A stretch of 64,000 nucleotides of DNA from Alphaproteobacteria bacterium (GTDB taxonomy: Bacteria; Pseudomonadota; Alphaproteobacteria; UBA828), in NCBI GenBank assembly GCA_965214705.1, contig OZ243972.1:4064001-4128000 (forward strand). The letters run 5' to 3'. Under the pieces are notes generated by a model. That model had not been told where the DNA came from. It searched no databases and saw only the letters and a list, made by a program, of their open reading frames with translations. Position numbers and translations under genes: made by a program. Positions 29,061-38,314 of this stretch are shown here, one piece after another (the stretch's first letter is position 1; every line of letters starts with the position of its first letter).

Positions 29061-30622
29061 GCCTCATCTCCTCCAATCCAGGGTTGTGCAACGTGGAGAA
29101 GCATTTCGGTGTCCACCTTGGCGTAGATCGCCGTGGTCTCTCGGAACCGATGGCGAAGCACCGCCCCAACAACGTCCAGCGTGGCGCCAGAGCGCAGCAG
29201 GCTGGTCGCGGCGGAATGGCGAAAGACACGAACGCCCCCCGCGCCGGGGGGTTTGACCTCGGCGCGGTCGAGCGCATCGCGCGCGATTAGCGATACCATC
29301 TGGCCGTCCCGGAACGGTCGATGTGGCGCTCGCGTCCGGAGGAACACTTTCTCTTCGTCGACCCGGGGACGCGCGGTGAGGATGTAGTCCAGCAACGCGT
29401 CACCGACATCCTGCGGAAGGGGCAGAGCGGCCTCGATTGCCGACTTGCTACGGACACGAAGAGAGGCGTTCTTCCAATCGATGTCTGACAGTTTCAGATT
29501 CGAGACGTCCCGTGCCCGGAGGCCGAGCCTGCCAAGAAGGAGGACAATCGTACGATCACGTCTCCCTTTGCCTGTCGTTGTGTCGAACGATCCAATCACC
29601 CGTTCCATATCGTCGGGCGAGATGTATTTCGGCAATGTCGAGAGCCGCCAATGAGGAACTGTCGGGATTGCTTCGACCAGTTCTGCGGGGCATTCGCCCT
29701 TCGAGGCCAAGTAGCGGATGTACATGCGCACCGCTCCGACCAGATTCTTAGCGTAGGATGGCGAGACGTCCTTTAGGTGATGTAGGAGAGCACTTCTGAT
29801 TACTTCAACATCGTATCCGCGCGGATTATCGCCGAGATTCGGCAGCACTCTGGAAAGGTTGTAAATGTGATTCTGAATCGCCTCGTCTCCGGTGCCGCGG
29901 TGTTGACGCAACCACTCTCGGTAGTCATCCAGCCCGTCGTTGGGCTCCTTCCTCGATGGCAACATCTTCGGAGCTAGACCCCGTTCAGCGAGGAACGTGA
30001 TGAACGCCCGGGTCTGGTAAGGGACGCGAACAGCGGCACGATGTCCTCTGAATCCAAAGAAGACACCGGGCCGGGCACAATTGCAGTCGTGGCTGGAGAA
30101 CCGGTCGAGCACGGACTTGTCGATGTCGGCCAGGGAGATGCGACAATGATGGAGCCAGAAGAGGAAGTGACGGCTCCCGCCGCGGCAATGTCTGATTGAG
30201 CTCGCCGAATGACCCTCCGCCTGCCGCTGCTCCAGGAAGGTGTTCAGCAGGCGGAGGTTGTCATCAATCTCTCCTGGAGTAGTTATCCGCCCGGTCTCCT
30301 CAAGAAACTGAACAAACGTGCGAAGACCGGATACAAAGTGAGGTACCTCCCGGTTGTGAAGCCGATTGAACTTGAACGGCGGCACCGGACAGGTGCACTC
30401 ATGCTCAAGAAAGCGGTGCAGGATATCGTCGTCCACCGTGTCCAGAGAGGTACGGCTAAGCTTCAACCAAGCCAGAAAGTGTTCCGCGGGACCCAGATAC
30501 CTGAGGATCTTGGCGTGGCCACGTCCCGCCTCAGACAGGTAGGCCGAAAACTGCGGGATGATGCCTGTGAACAGGGCCTGATCCGTTCCAGAGCTGACGG
30601 TGCATCGGGTGTCTTGTGACAT
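29051..30622 (-). CDS. RIT2 tyrosine recombinase A
   Basis: LPKYI, RLGLRARD, LPLPQDVG, VFRHS, LRH, TAIYAK; AAAGGAGGA RBS before the ATG at 30622. Confidence 0.92.
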   Translation of the reverse strand: MSQDTRCTVSSGTDQALFTGIIPQFSAYLSEAGRGHAKILRYLGPAEHFLAWLKLSRTSLDTVDDDILHRFLEHECTCPVPPFKFNRLHNREVPHFVSGLRTFVQFLEETGRITTPGEIDDNLRLLNTFLEQRQAEGHSASSIRHCRGGSRHFLFWLHHCRISLADIDKSVLDRFSSHDCNCARPGVFFGFRGHRAAVRVPYQTRAFITFLAERGLAPKMLPSRKEPNDGLDDYREWLRQHRGTGDEAIQNHIYNLSRVLPNLGDNPRGYDVEVIRSALLHHLKDVSPSYAKNLVGAVRMYIRYLASKGECPAELVEAIPTVPHWRLSTLPKYISPDDMERVIGSFDTTTGKGRRDRTIVLLLGRLGLRARDVSNLKLSDIDWKNASLRVRSKSAIEAALPLPQDVGDALLDYILTARPRVDEEKVFLRTRAPHRPFRDGQMVSLIARDALDRAEVKPPGAGGVRVFRHSAATSLLRSGATLDVVGAVLRHRFRETTAIYAKVDTEMLLHVAQPWIGGDEACR

Positions 30623-30778
30623 CGTGATGTCCTCCTTTCGTGACAACGCGAAAGAAGCACATCACAAGACTATGTTGAGCGTTTAGGCCCCTGCAGCCAG
30701 AGCTGCCGGGGCCTTCGCGTCGCTGCTCAACATATTGTTCGACGCGAAATGCCATCTTCTATGTTGAGCTCAACATAG

Positions 30779-30862
30779 GAGATGCACCACATAGAACACC
30801 GCGCCGGGGTTGAGGATGTCGTCCTGGCGGAAGACGTCCCCGACGTAGTCGCCGTGCTGGTA
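30779..30862 (-). pseudogene. Middle fragment of the split 75-aa gene
   Basis: YQHGDYVGDVFRQDDILNPGAVFYVVHL, lying between two RIT palindromes. Confidence 0.75.
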
Positions 30863-31193
30863 TTACGTTGAGCTCAACGTAATGAATTGGCCTGTATCGG
30901 TCGTGCGCAGCAGGACCGATACAGGCATTGAGCTGAGCCGCGCTGCACGGCCGTAGTGCCGGGCTATGGGGAAAGTAACCGCTGGGTGGGAGCCGATTAG
31001 GCCGAAGCGGTGCAACCTGTTGGTGTCGCTGGCGGCGCCGGCACTCTGAATCTCCACTTATCAGGTTGCGACGCGGCTGTGCAGGGGCTCGCGACGATGT
31101 TTCGCCGCCGGGCAGCACGAAGCGGGCGCAGGAGCGGTCGCGGCGCGGCGGCCGGGGGGACTGTTGTCGGACCTTGTCGGTTCTGACGCATCG

Positions 31194-32414
31194 TCACGGC
31201 GGTCGGGTATTCGTCGCCCGCATGGCTGCTTGGGGCTGCGGCTCAAGAATGACGGTTTGCCGCAGCGTTGCCTCGCCGCACTGGCGGCACACGGTGATGT
31301 CGATCCCCGTCAGTCGCAGCATCATCTGCTGCGTCGTTTCCGGCTCCCGCGGTTCAGGGGCAGGCTGGCCGAGCAGGTCTCGGCAGCGGGCGAGCTTGCG
31401 AGCCCGGCAGCGATTGGCGAGCAAGCCGTAGTGGCGCAGGCGGGTGAAGCCGCGCGGGAGGACGTGCAGGAGGAAGCGGCGGATGAACTCGTCGACGTCG
31501 AGACGCATCACCTTGACCTTGTTGCCGTCAGCGTAGTCGCGCCAACGGAAGCGAACGTGCTCGCCGTCGAAGTCGACGAGGCGATGATTGGCGATGGCAG
31601 CCTTGTGGGTGTAGCGCCCGAGATAGGCCAGAACGTGCCCGGCGCCGGCGAACGGGGCCTTGGTGTAGACCACCCAGTCGTTCGACCGCAGCGCGGTCTT
31701 CAGACACTCGAACTCGCGGCTGTCGTCACCACCGCCGACGACCTTGAGCCGGAGTTCGCCGTCGCGGTGCGCGGCGCCGAGGAAGTCGAGATACTTGCCG
31801 CGGAAGACCTTCGAGAGCGCGACCGTGGGGAACAGGAAGCCCTTGCGCGCGGGAGTGAGCCAGCGCTCTCTGTCCGGGCTCAGACCGCCGTCGGTGACGA
31901 TACAGTGGACATGGATGTGCTGTCCCAGATTCTGCCCCCAAGTGTGCAGCACCATGGTGATGCCGAGCTCGCCGCCGAGCCAGCGGGGATTGCGGCCGAA
32001 CTCGAGCAGGGTCTGGGAGGCGGCCTTGAAGAGCAGCCTGTAGATGAGCGCGGCATTGCCCTGGGCCACGGGGTTGAGCTCGTGGGGCAGGGTGAACACG
32101 ACATGCCAGTAGTCGATGTCGAGCAGATCGGCGCACTGACGCTCAACCCACCTGGTCTGCGAGAGGGTCTGGCACTTGGGGCAATGACGGTTCCGGCACG
32201 AGGCGTACTGGATCGTCACCGCCCCGCAGTGATCGCATTCTGCCTTGAACCCGCCGAGCACAGCGGTGCGGCAGTTCACCAGCGCGTCGACGACCCTCTG
32301 CTGCTGGGCCGAGAGCAGATGTGTCTCGCCATAGGCGTCGCCGCGCTCGCGCAGGATGTCCGCGACCTCCAGCGCCGGCCGTGTGGCTGGCGCCGCGTGG
32401 CCGACATGAGCCAC
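31194..32414 (-). CDS. IS91-family rolling-circle transposase
   Basis: SCRNRHCPKC, HVVFTLP, HTW...HIHVH, YLGRY, RLRHYG. Confidence 0.93.
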   Translation of the reverse strand: MAHVGHAAPATRPALEVADILRERGDAYGETHLLSAQQQRVVDALVNCRTAVLGGFKAECDHCGAVTIQYASCRNRHCPKCQTLSQTRWVERQCADLLDIDYWHVVFTLPHELNPVAQGNAALIYRLLFKAASQTLLEFGRNPRWLGGELGITMVLHTWGQNLGQHIHVHCIVTDGGLSPDRERWLTPARKGFLFPTVALSKVFRGKYLDFLGAAHRDGELRLKVVGGGDDSREFECLKTALRSNDWVVYTKAPFAGAGHVLAYLGRYTHKAAIANHRLVDFDGEHVRFRWRDYADGNKVKVMRLDVDEFIRRFLLHVLPRGFTRLRHYGLLANRCRARKLARCRDLLGQPAPEPREPETTQQMMLRLTGIDITVCRQCGEATLRQTVILEPQPQAAMRATNTRPP

Positions 32415-32417
32415 CGG

Positions 32418-33272
32418 TCAGGCCTGGGCAGGACGCGGAAACTCCAGCAGGTCCAGGGGCGACGGCGTGGCGGACGTCTTGTCGTGAGCAAGGTGAAGGT
32501 AGCGCATGGTCGAGCGGATTGAGGTGTGCCCGAGGCGGCGTTGGATGACATGCAGCTCGACGCCGGCCTCGAGGAGCCCGGTGGCGTAGCAATGGCGCAG
32601 CGTGTGGATCCCGCCGGGCTTGGCGATCCCGGCTTTGTCCTTGGCTCGATCGTAAACGTGTGCTGGCCCATGGCGCGTCATCGGCCGGCCGGGAATCCGA
32701 CCGGGGAACAGCCAGTGCTCGGGCCGTACCCGCTGCCAGTACTCGCGCAGCTCGTCGAGCAGCCGGGGCGAGAGCGGGACGTAGCGGTCCTTGTTGCCCT
32801 TGCCCTGATCGACGCGCAGGCACATCCGCTGTGAGTCGATATCGCTGATCTGCAACCGGCCGAGCTCGCTCGCCCGAAGCCCCGCTGCATAGGCCGTCAT
32901 CAGCAAGGCGCGGTGCTTGCGGTTGATGGTGACGCTGAACAGCCGCACCAGTTCGTCTTGGTTGAGCAGTACGGGCAGGGTGGAAGGCGTCTTGGCGAAG
33001 GGCAGATAGAAGTGCGGCTCGGGCAAGCCCAGCGTGATGCGATAGAGGAAGCGGATCCCTTGGCGAGCGCTGTTGCAGCTCTGCCAAGCCAGCCCCCGCT
33101 CTTCGTGAAGAAAGATGAGGTACTCCTGGACTTCCTCCGCTGAGATGTGCTCGGGGCTGCGACCGTAGTGAACCGCGAGCCCGGAGACCGAGTTGAGGTA
33201 GGACTTCCTGGTGTTCTCGGCGAAGCCGCGAACCGTCATGTCGTTGATCATGCGCTGGCGAAGTGCCGTCAT
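32418..33272 (-). CDS. Tyrosine recombinase of IS91-like element 2
   Basis: MTALRQRMINDM, GLRASE, GKGNKDR, HTLRHC, LGH, TMRY. Confidence 0.93.
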   Translation of the reverse strand: MTALRQRMINDMTVRGFAENTRKSYLNSVSGLAVHYGRSPEHISAEEVQEYLIFLHEERGLAWQSCNSARQGIRFLYRITLGLPEPHFYLPFAKTPSTLPVLLNQDELVRLFSVTINRKHRALLMTAYAAGLRASELGRLQISDIDSQRMCLRVDQGKGNKDRYVPLSPRLLDELREYWQRVRPEHWLFPGRIPGRPMTRHGPAHVYDRAKDKAGIAKPGGIHTLRHCYATGLLEAGVELHVIQRRLGHTSIRSTMRYLHLAHDKTSATPSPLDLLEFPRPAQA

Positions 33273-33624
33273 GGGGCGTCTCCCTCTGGGTTTGGTCTGT
33301 CACGAAGACACGCCCATGCTCTTGCTCGCCGGCTTGGCGGTCGACGACCATCGATCAACGAGGGAGAAACAGGATTCGACCCTGCGCCCAGACGCTGGAG
33401 CGAACGGCCACACTCAACTTACGCGCGGCAAGGAGATCACTCTGGGCACCCGGCGGCCGAGGCGCCCCGCCGCGGAACGCGGCTCAGTTCAATATCAGTT
33501 ATGTCGAGAGAGTTTTTATGGGCAGCTGAGCCGCTCCGGTCCTGCAGGAACAAGCCGCAGGACCGGATTCGCTCAACATTATGTAAGCCTCTCCTCCCCC
33601 ACTGAGGATAGGAGGAGAGTGACG

Positions 33625-35190
33625 ATGTCATCGACAGCAACGCGGGTCTTTCGGCCGGGGCCGACGCCGCACCAGTTCCAACATCACCTTCAAGCATTTG
33701 TGGACTATTTGCGCCGCTGCGACTTTACCGAGAACACCATCAGCAGCCTGTGGCGTTCGGCGCGGCACCTTCTCGTTTGGCTGCACCAAGAGGGCGTGGC
33801 CATTGTCTCGGTTGACGATGCCGTGTTGCGCCGTTTCCGTCATCACGAATGCGGATGTGCAGGGACGCTGCCGTCGCGCCGCAAAGAGACTACCGTGTAC
33901 CCACGCCCCTTGATGACGGGCGCGTTGAAGCTCGTGCAGTACTTGGAGGACACGGGCCACATCCCACATCCCGGCGACCTTCATGAAGGATTGACCCTTC
34001 TGGAAGACTTCATCGCCCGGCGCGCAATCGACGGTTACGCTGCCGCCACGCTCGCCTATTGGCGGGGCGTGTGCCGGCACCTTCTCTTCTGGATGCATCG
34101 GTCCCGCATTCCCATGCGGGAAGTCGATTCCGATGTGGTGGAGCAGTTCCTCGGCCACGACTGCGTCTGCCCAGGCTGCTCCAGGAACTTCGGCAGTCTC
34201 CGCTACGACCCGCAGTACGTTCGTCCCTTCGTCGAGTTTGCGCAGTACCTCACTGACAGAGGCGTGCTCCACCATCGGACGGTGGTGCCCGAAACGGCGA
34301 GGGACACCTCGCTGGACGGATTCGGCGAGTGGCTTCGACGACATCGCGGCATTGGGGCTGAGAGAATCCGCGATCACAAACGCAACGTCAGCACGTTGCT
34401 CGCGAGACTTGGGCAAGATCCTGAAGGTTACAACGCTGCGCGCATCCGAGCCGCGCTGCTTGCACGGTTCGAGGGGGTGTCATGGGGTCATGCCCAGACG
34501 CTGGCGACCTCCATGCAAATGTATCTGCGGTATCTTGCTGCTCGCGGAATCTGTTCGCCGACTCTCGTCGATGCAGTCCCAAGGGGCCGCGTCTGGAAGT
34601 TGGCCAGCCTGCCTCGATATCTTCCTGCCGAGGCCATCGAGCAGGTCATCCGATGCTGCGATGTCACGACGCCCGTAGGTCTGCGTGATCGGGCGATCCT
34701 CCTTCTCCTCGCCCGCCTCGGCCTACGCGCAGGAGATATCGTCCGGCTACGTCTCGATGACATCGACTGGCACAACGCGATAATCCGCGTGTGCGGGAAG
34801 TCCCGGCGGCAGGTGGGATTGCCGCTTCCCCAGGATGCAGGCGACGCCGTTCTCGCCTACATCGAGCAGGCGCGTCCGCGCGTCGCCGAGGACCAGGTCT
34901 TCCTTCGGGCAAAAGCACCGCATCGGCCCTTTGCTTGTAGTGGAACGGTCTCGGCACGCGTCAAATCCGCTCTGAAGCGGGCCGGCATGAGCGAAGTCCG
35001 ACCGCGGGGCTCGCACCTCTTCCGTCACTCCACAGCGACCAACTTGGTTCGCTCCGGAGTGTCGCTCGACGTTATCGGCGCGCTTCTGCGGCATCGCTCG
35101 CTGGATACCACCGCGATCTATGCCAAGACCGACCGCCCGATGCTTCTCGAGGTGGCGCAGCCCTGGATCGGGGATCTGCCATGCACATGA
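33625..35190 (+). CDS. RIT3 tyrosine recombinase A
   Basis: LPRYL, RLGLRAGD, LPLPQDAG, HLFRHS, LRH, TAIYAK; GGAGGAG RBS. Confidence 0.92.
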   Translation: MSSTATRVFRPGPTPHQFQHHLQAFVDYLRRCDFTENTISSLWRSARHLLVWLHQEGVAIVSVDDAVLRRFRHHECGCAGTLPSRRKETTVYPRPLMTGALKLVQYLEDTGHIPHPGDLHEGLTLLEDFIARRAIDGYAAATLAYWRGVCRHLLFWMHRSRIPMREVDSDVVEQFLGHDCVCPGCSRNFGSLRYDPQYVRPFVEFAQYLTDRGVLHHRTVVPETARDTSLDGFGEWLRRHRGIGAERIRDHKRNVSTLLARLGQDPEGYNAARIRAALLARFEGVSWGHAQTLATSMQMYLRYLAARGICSPTLVDAVPRGRVWKLASLPRYLPAEAIEQVIRCCDVTTPVGLRDRAILLLLARLGLRAGDIVRLRLDDIDWHNAIIRVCGKSRRQVGLPLPQDAGDAVLAYIEQARPRVAEDQVFLRAKAPHRPFACSGTVSARVKSALKRAGMSEVRPRGSHLFRHSTATNLVRSGVSLDVIGALLRHRSLDTTAIYAKTDRPMLLEVAQPWIGDLPCT

Positions 35191-36104
35191 AGAAGCATGT
35201 TGGCCGTTTCGTCGCCCTCAAACGACATCTTGGCTGCCGGTACGAGAACGAAGAACGCCTGCTGCTCGCGTGGGCAGATAACGCGATGGCGCTCGGAGAG
35301 GACTTTGTCCGGGCCGAAACGATGATTCGTTTTGCCTCCGACACGCCATCCCCCGGGAGAGCTCGGAAACGTCTGAGGCAACTCCGGCAGTTCGCCCTAT
35401 GGCTGCACAGTGAAGATGACCGTCACGAGATTCCACACATAGACGCGCTTGGCCGCGCGAAGGTGCAGAGGCGTACACCGCGCCTGTTGGGTGAGGCTGA
35501 GGTGAAACGGCTGATGGAAGCCGCCCTGCGCCTTCCGCCGGCCGGTTCGATCACGCCGCACACCTTGTACTGTGTGATCGGCTTGGTGGCTGTAACCGGT
35601 TTGCGGCGCTCCGAAGTCTGTGGACTGCGCTTCTCGGACATCACCTCCGACGGGCTCGTCATTCGAGAAACCAAGTTCAGGAAGTCTCGACTCGTTCCGC
35701 TGCATCCGAACTCGTGTGATGCACTCGCGGCCTATCTGGAGATCCGCAAGCAGCTCGGCGGCACGAGCGACGCGTTGTTCGTTCTGTCGAACGGCAAACC
35801 CCTCAACAAGGCCACTTTGACCACGATGTTCGTGAAGCTGGCCCGTGCCACAGGACTACGCGGCGGTCCCGGTGAGCCGGGTGTCAGGCTTCACGACTTG
35901 AGGCATCGCTTCTCCGTCACGTCGCTTGAGCAGGCAATCGCAACCGATCGAGACCAGGTCAGCCGGCACATGCTCGCGCTCTCGACCTACCTCGGCCACT
36001 CCTCCGTTACCTCGACCTATTGGTACCTCGAGGCGACGCCGACCTTGCTGAAGCAGATTGCCTGGGAGACGGAAAACGCACGGACGCAGAGGATGAGGCC
36101 ATGA
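35181..36104 (+). CDS. RIT3 tyrosine recombinase B
   Basis: TGLRRSE, TKFRKSRLVP, HDLRHR, LSTYLGH, TYWYL. Confidence 0.92.
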   Translation: MHMKKHVGRFVALKRHLGCRYENEERLLLAWADNAMALGEDFVRAETMIRFASDTPSPGRARKRLRQLRQFALWLHSEDDRHEIPHIDALGRAKVQRRTPRLLGEAEVKRLMEAALRLPPAGSITPHTLYCVIGLVAVTGLRRSEVCGLRFSDITSDGLVIRETKFRKSRLVPLHPNSCDALAAYLEIRKQLGGTSDALFVLSNGKPLNKATLTTMFVKLARATGLRGGPGEPGVRLHDLRHRFSVTSLEQAIATDRDQVSRHMLALSTYLGHSSVTSTYWYLEATPTLLKQIAWETENARTQRMRP

Positions 36105-36154
36105 CCGAATTAGCTCCCCATATCAGCATGTTCCTACGGCACCATATGCCCCAG

Positions 36155-38314
36155 CCCAAGTTGGCACTTTTGTCCTACCCATGTCCTTTATCGTGTTGAT
36201 GTAACGCGATATTTCTCTCGGCCGGTTCCAACATGGCACTACATTTTGTTGGATTCTGTCAGTTCGGCAGGCGGGTCCTCGTGCGGTGGATGGCGGGTTC
36301 CACGCCCGCCGCCGAGGAGATTGCGGCAACCTCAGCGGCCGGGCGCGTGTCCTGTCGATTGACGATCAAGGTGCCGTCGGTCTGGCGCAGGCGCGTGGTG
36401 ATCCGCACCCAGGTCCGCATGCTCTCGCGGATCGATGCCCAGCACTTGTGGATGTCCCGCGCGGCCAGCCGGGTACGGATCAGATGCACGGCGTGGTAGG
36501 CCAGCACGGCGATCAGCAGGTGGGCCGCGATGCGCCGGTCGAGCTGGTGCCAGATCGGGCGAAGGCCGAGTTCGGATTTCAGGCTTCGGAATGTCGCCTC
36601 GATATCCGTGATCCGCCAGTACGTCCGCAGGACCGTCTCGATATCCCAGTCGACGTGGCTGGTGCGCAGCACATAGGCGCCCGCGCCCTCATCGGCCTCG
36701 TCGTATCGCGGCCTGCGCTTGAAGCGCACGGCGGTGGCATTGGGGCCGGTGTCCGCCTTCTCGACCGTGATCTCGTAGTGCCTGGCGACGGCGGAGAAGC
36801 GCTGCTTGAGGCGGCCTATGCTCTCCAGCACCTTGTCGTAGCGCTTGAGGCGGCCCTTGACCGCAAGGCCGCCGTGGAGCCTTTGCAGCGCCGCCTCGAA
36901 GCGGTTCCGCCTCAGGCCGATGATCGCGTTCTCGGCCTTCTTCTTGCCCTCGCTGACGACGTAGAGCCGCGCCTCGCCGTCCTCGCTGGCAAGCCGCCAG
37001 GCCCGCACCTCGTGGCGCGCGCTGGTGATCAGCAGGGCCTCGGGTCCGCCCTCGGGCGGCGCAGGCCTGGCACCGCGGCTGACCGCGATCCAGTCGTAGC
37101 CCGGCTCGCCCAGCCAGACGATGTTCTCCTCGGTGGCGATGCCCGCGTCCATGACCACCGTGGGCTTCGCCGCCGTGCCGCCGCATACCGCCTCGAGCCG
37201 GGCCAGCGCCTCGTGCAGCGTGCCCGGCTCGCTCACGTTGCCGGGCAGGATCTCGCAACTGCGCGGGAAGCCCGCACCGTCGAGCGCCAGCGCCAGCGTG
37301 ATGAGGGGACAGTCGTCGCGCTTCTGCTTGGAGCGCCCGAACCTGGGAAGCTCGCCGTCGGTGTGGCCGTGGTAGTGGACGTTGGTGAGATCGTAGAAGG
37401 CGATCGTCTCGGGCAGGTCGAGCAGCGCGCGCTCACGGTTGAACAGTTCCCTCTGGATGGCGGCCCGGTGGCGCCAGAGCAGGTCGCCGATGCGATAGAG
37501 CGTCTTGCGCCGCAGCGCCTTGCGGTCGCCCTCCAGGCCCAGGAGCTCGGCGGCCGCGCTGTCGTGGCGGAGCCAGCGGCTGGTATCACGCTCGCTGGCG
37601 GGATGGACCATCCTGGCGACGATCAGCGCGCTGGCGATGCGTCCGTCGCGGCCCTTGATGTCGAGGCCGTGGAGGATTTCGGCGAAGCCAAGGTCGTCGA
37701 GGGCCTTGAGGCACAGGCGCTCGCAGCCGACGGTGCGCGGGTTCTCATGCTCCAGGGTATCGAGGTCGACGGTGGCGATCTCGGGCTTGCGCGCCTCTTC
37801 CTGCATCGCCTCGGCACGGAACCCCCTGGCCCTGAGCTTGGCGACGATGTCCTCGGCTGCGGCCTGCACGTCCGGGACGGCTTGGAGCAGCGGCGGGCGG
37901 CCGTGCAGCAGCGCCTCGGCGAGTTCGGCCACTTCGCGCCATTTCTCCTTCGGCACCGGATAGTCGGTGCCGAGGTTGAGGAGCGTGCGCTGCCTGACCT
38001 TGTCGCCGATGCGCTGGGAGAGCACGAGGCGATGGCTTCGGACGGGCTTGCCGTCGGTGGTGTGGGTCTTGGTTGCCCTGATGAACATGTCGCCCGTCGC
38101 GAGATTGTTGCGAGGGGCCAAGATTTGTCGGCTTGGGGTCTGGGGTCAAGGGAAAATCGTCAATACCTAACAACTCCTGGCACTACAACGCGCTTCCAGC
38201 GCCTCAATTACACATATAGTGGCATCATCTCGGAGCTACCCCAATATGTGGTACTTCGGTCCGCAAAATATGGGCAGACCGGCATTGAGCAACCGGAAAA
38301 AGTGCCAACTTGGG
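36155..38314 (-). mobile_element. IS1634-family insertion sequence, copy 2 (complete)
   Basis: 17-bp TIR CCCAAGTTGGCACTTTT at both ends; CCAG duplicated at 36151-36154 and 38315-38318. Confidence 0.92.
36259..38088 (-). CDS. IS1634-family DDE transposase
   Basis: MFIRATKT, FYDLT, VMDAG, GAYVLRT, IEATFRSLKSELGLRPIWH. Confidence 0.92.
   Translation of the reverse strand: MFIRATKTHTTDGKPVRSHRLVLSQRIGDKVRQRTLLNLGTDYPVPKEKWREVAELAEALLHGRPPLLQAVPDVQAAAEDIVAKLRARGFRAEAMQEEARKPEIATVDLDTLEHENPRTVGCERLCLKALDDLGFAEILHGLDIKGRDGRIASALIVARMVHPASERDTSRWLRHDSAAAELLGLEGDRKALRRKTLYRIGDLLWRHRAAIQRELFNRERALLDLPETIAFYDLTNVHYHGHTDGELPRFGRSKQKRDDCPLITLALALDGAGFPRSCEILPGNVSEPGTLHEALARLEAVCGGTAAKPTVVMDAGIATEENIVWLGEPGYDWIAVSRGARPAPPEGGPEALLITSARHEVRAWRLASEDGEARLYVVSEGKKKAENAIIGLRRNRFEAALQRLHGGLAVKGRLKRYDKVLESIGRLKQRFSAVARHYEITVEKADTGPNATAVRFKRRPRYDEADEGAGAYVLRTSHVDWDIETVLRTYWRITDIEATFRSLKSELGLRPIWHQLDRRIAAHLLIAVLAYHAVHLIRTRLAARDIHKCWASIRESMRTWVRITTRLRQTDGTLIVNRQDTRPAAEVAAISSAAGVEPAIHRTRTRLPN

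Larger units (their letters stand above)
27059..30778 (-). mobile_element. RIT element 2
   Basis: Three overlapping tyrosine recombinases; perfect inverted repeats 27059-27141 / 30670-30752; palindrome 30759-30778. Confidence 0.92.
30883..33492 (-). mobile_element. IS91-like element 2 (tyrosine recombinase + HUH transposase)
   Basis: Left end: hairpin GCCTGTATCGGTC/GACCGATACAGGC, TTGAGCTGAGCCGCG and GCTATGGGGAAAGT. Right end: CGCGGCTCAGTTCAA. Its removal restores the RIT3 end. Confidence 0.82.

Noticed and set aside
33211-33624. N-terminal extension of RIT3 ritA to 659 aa
   Set aside because: Runs across an IS end and the RIT repeat; RBS and paralogues support a start near 33625.
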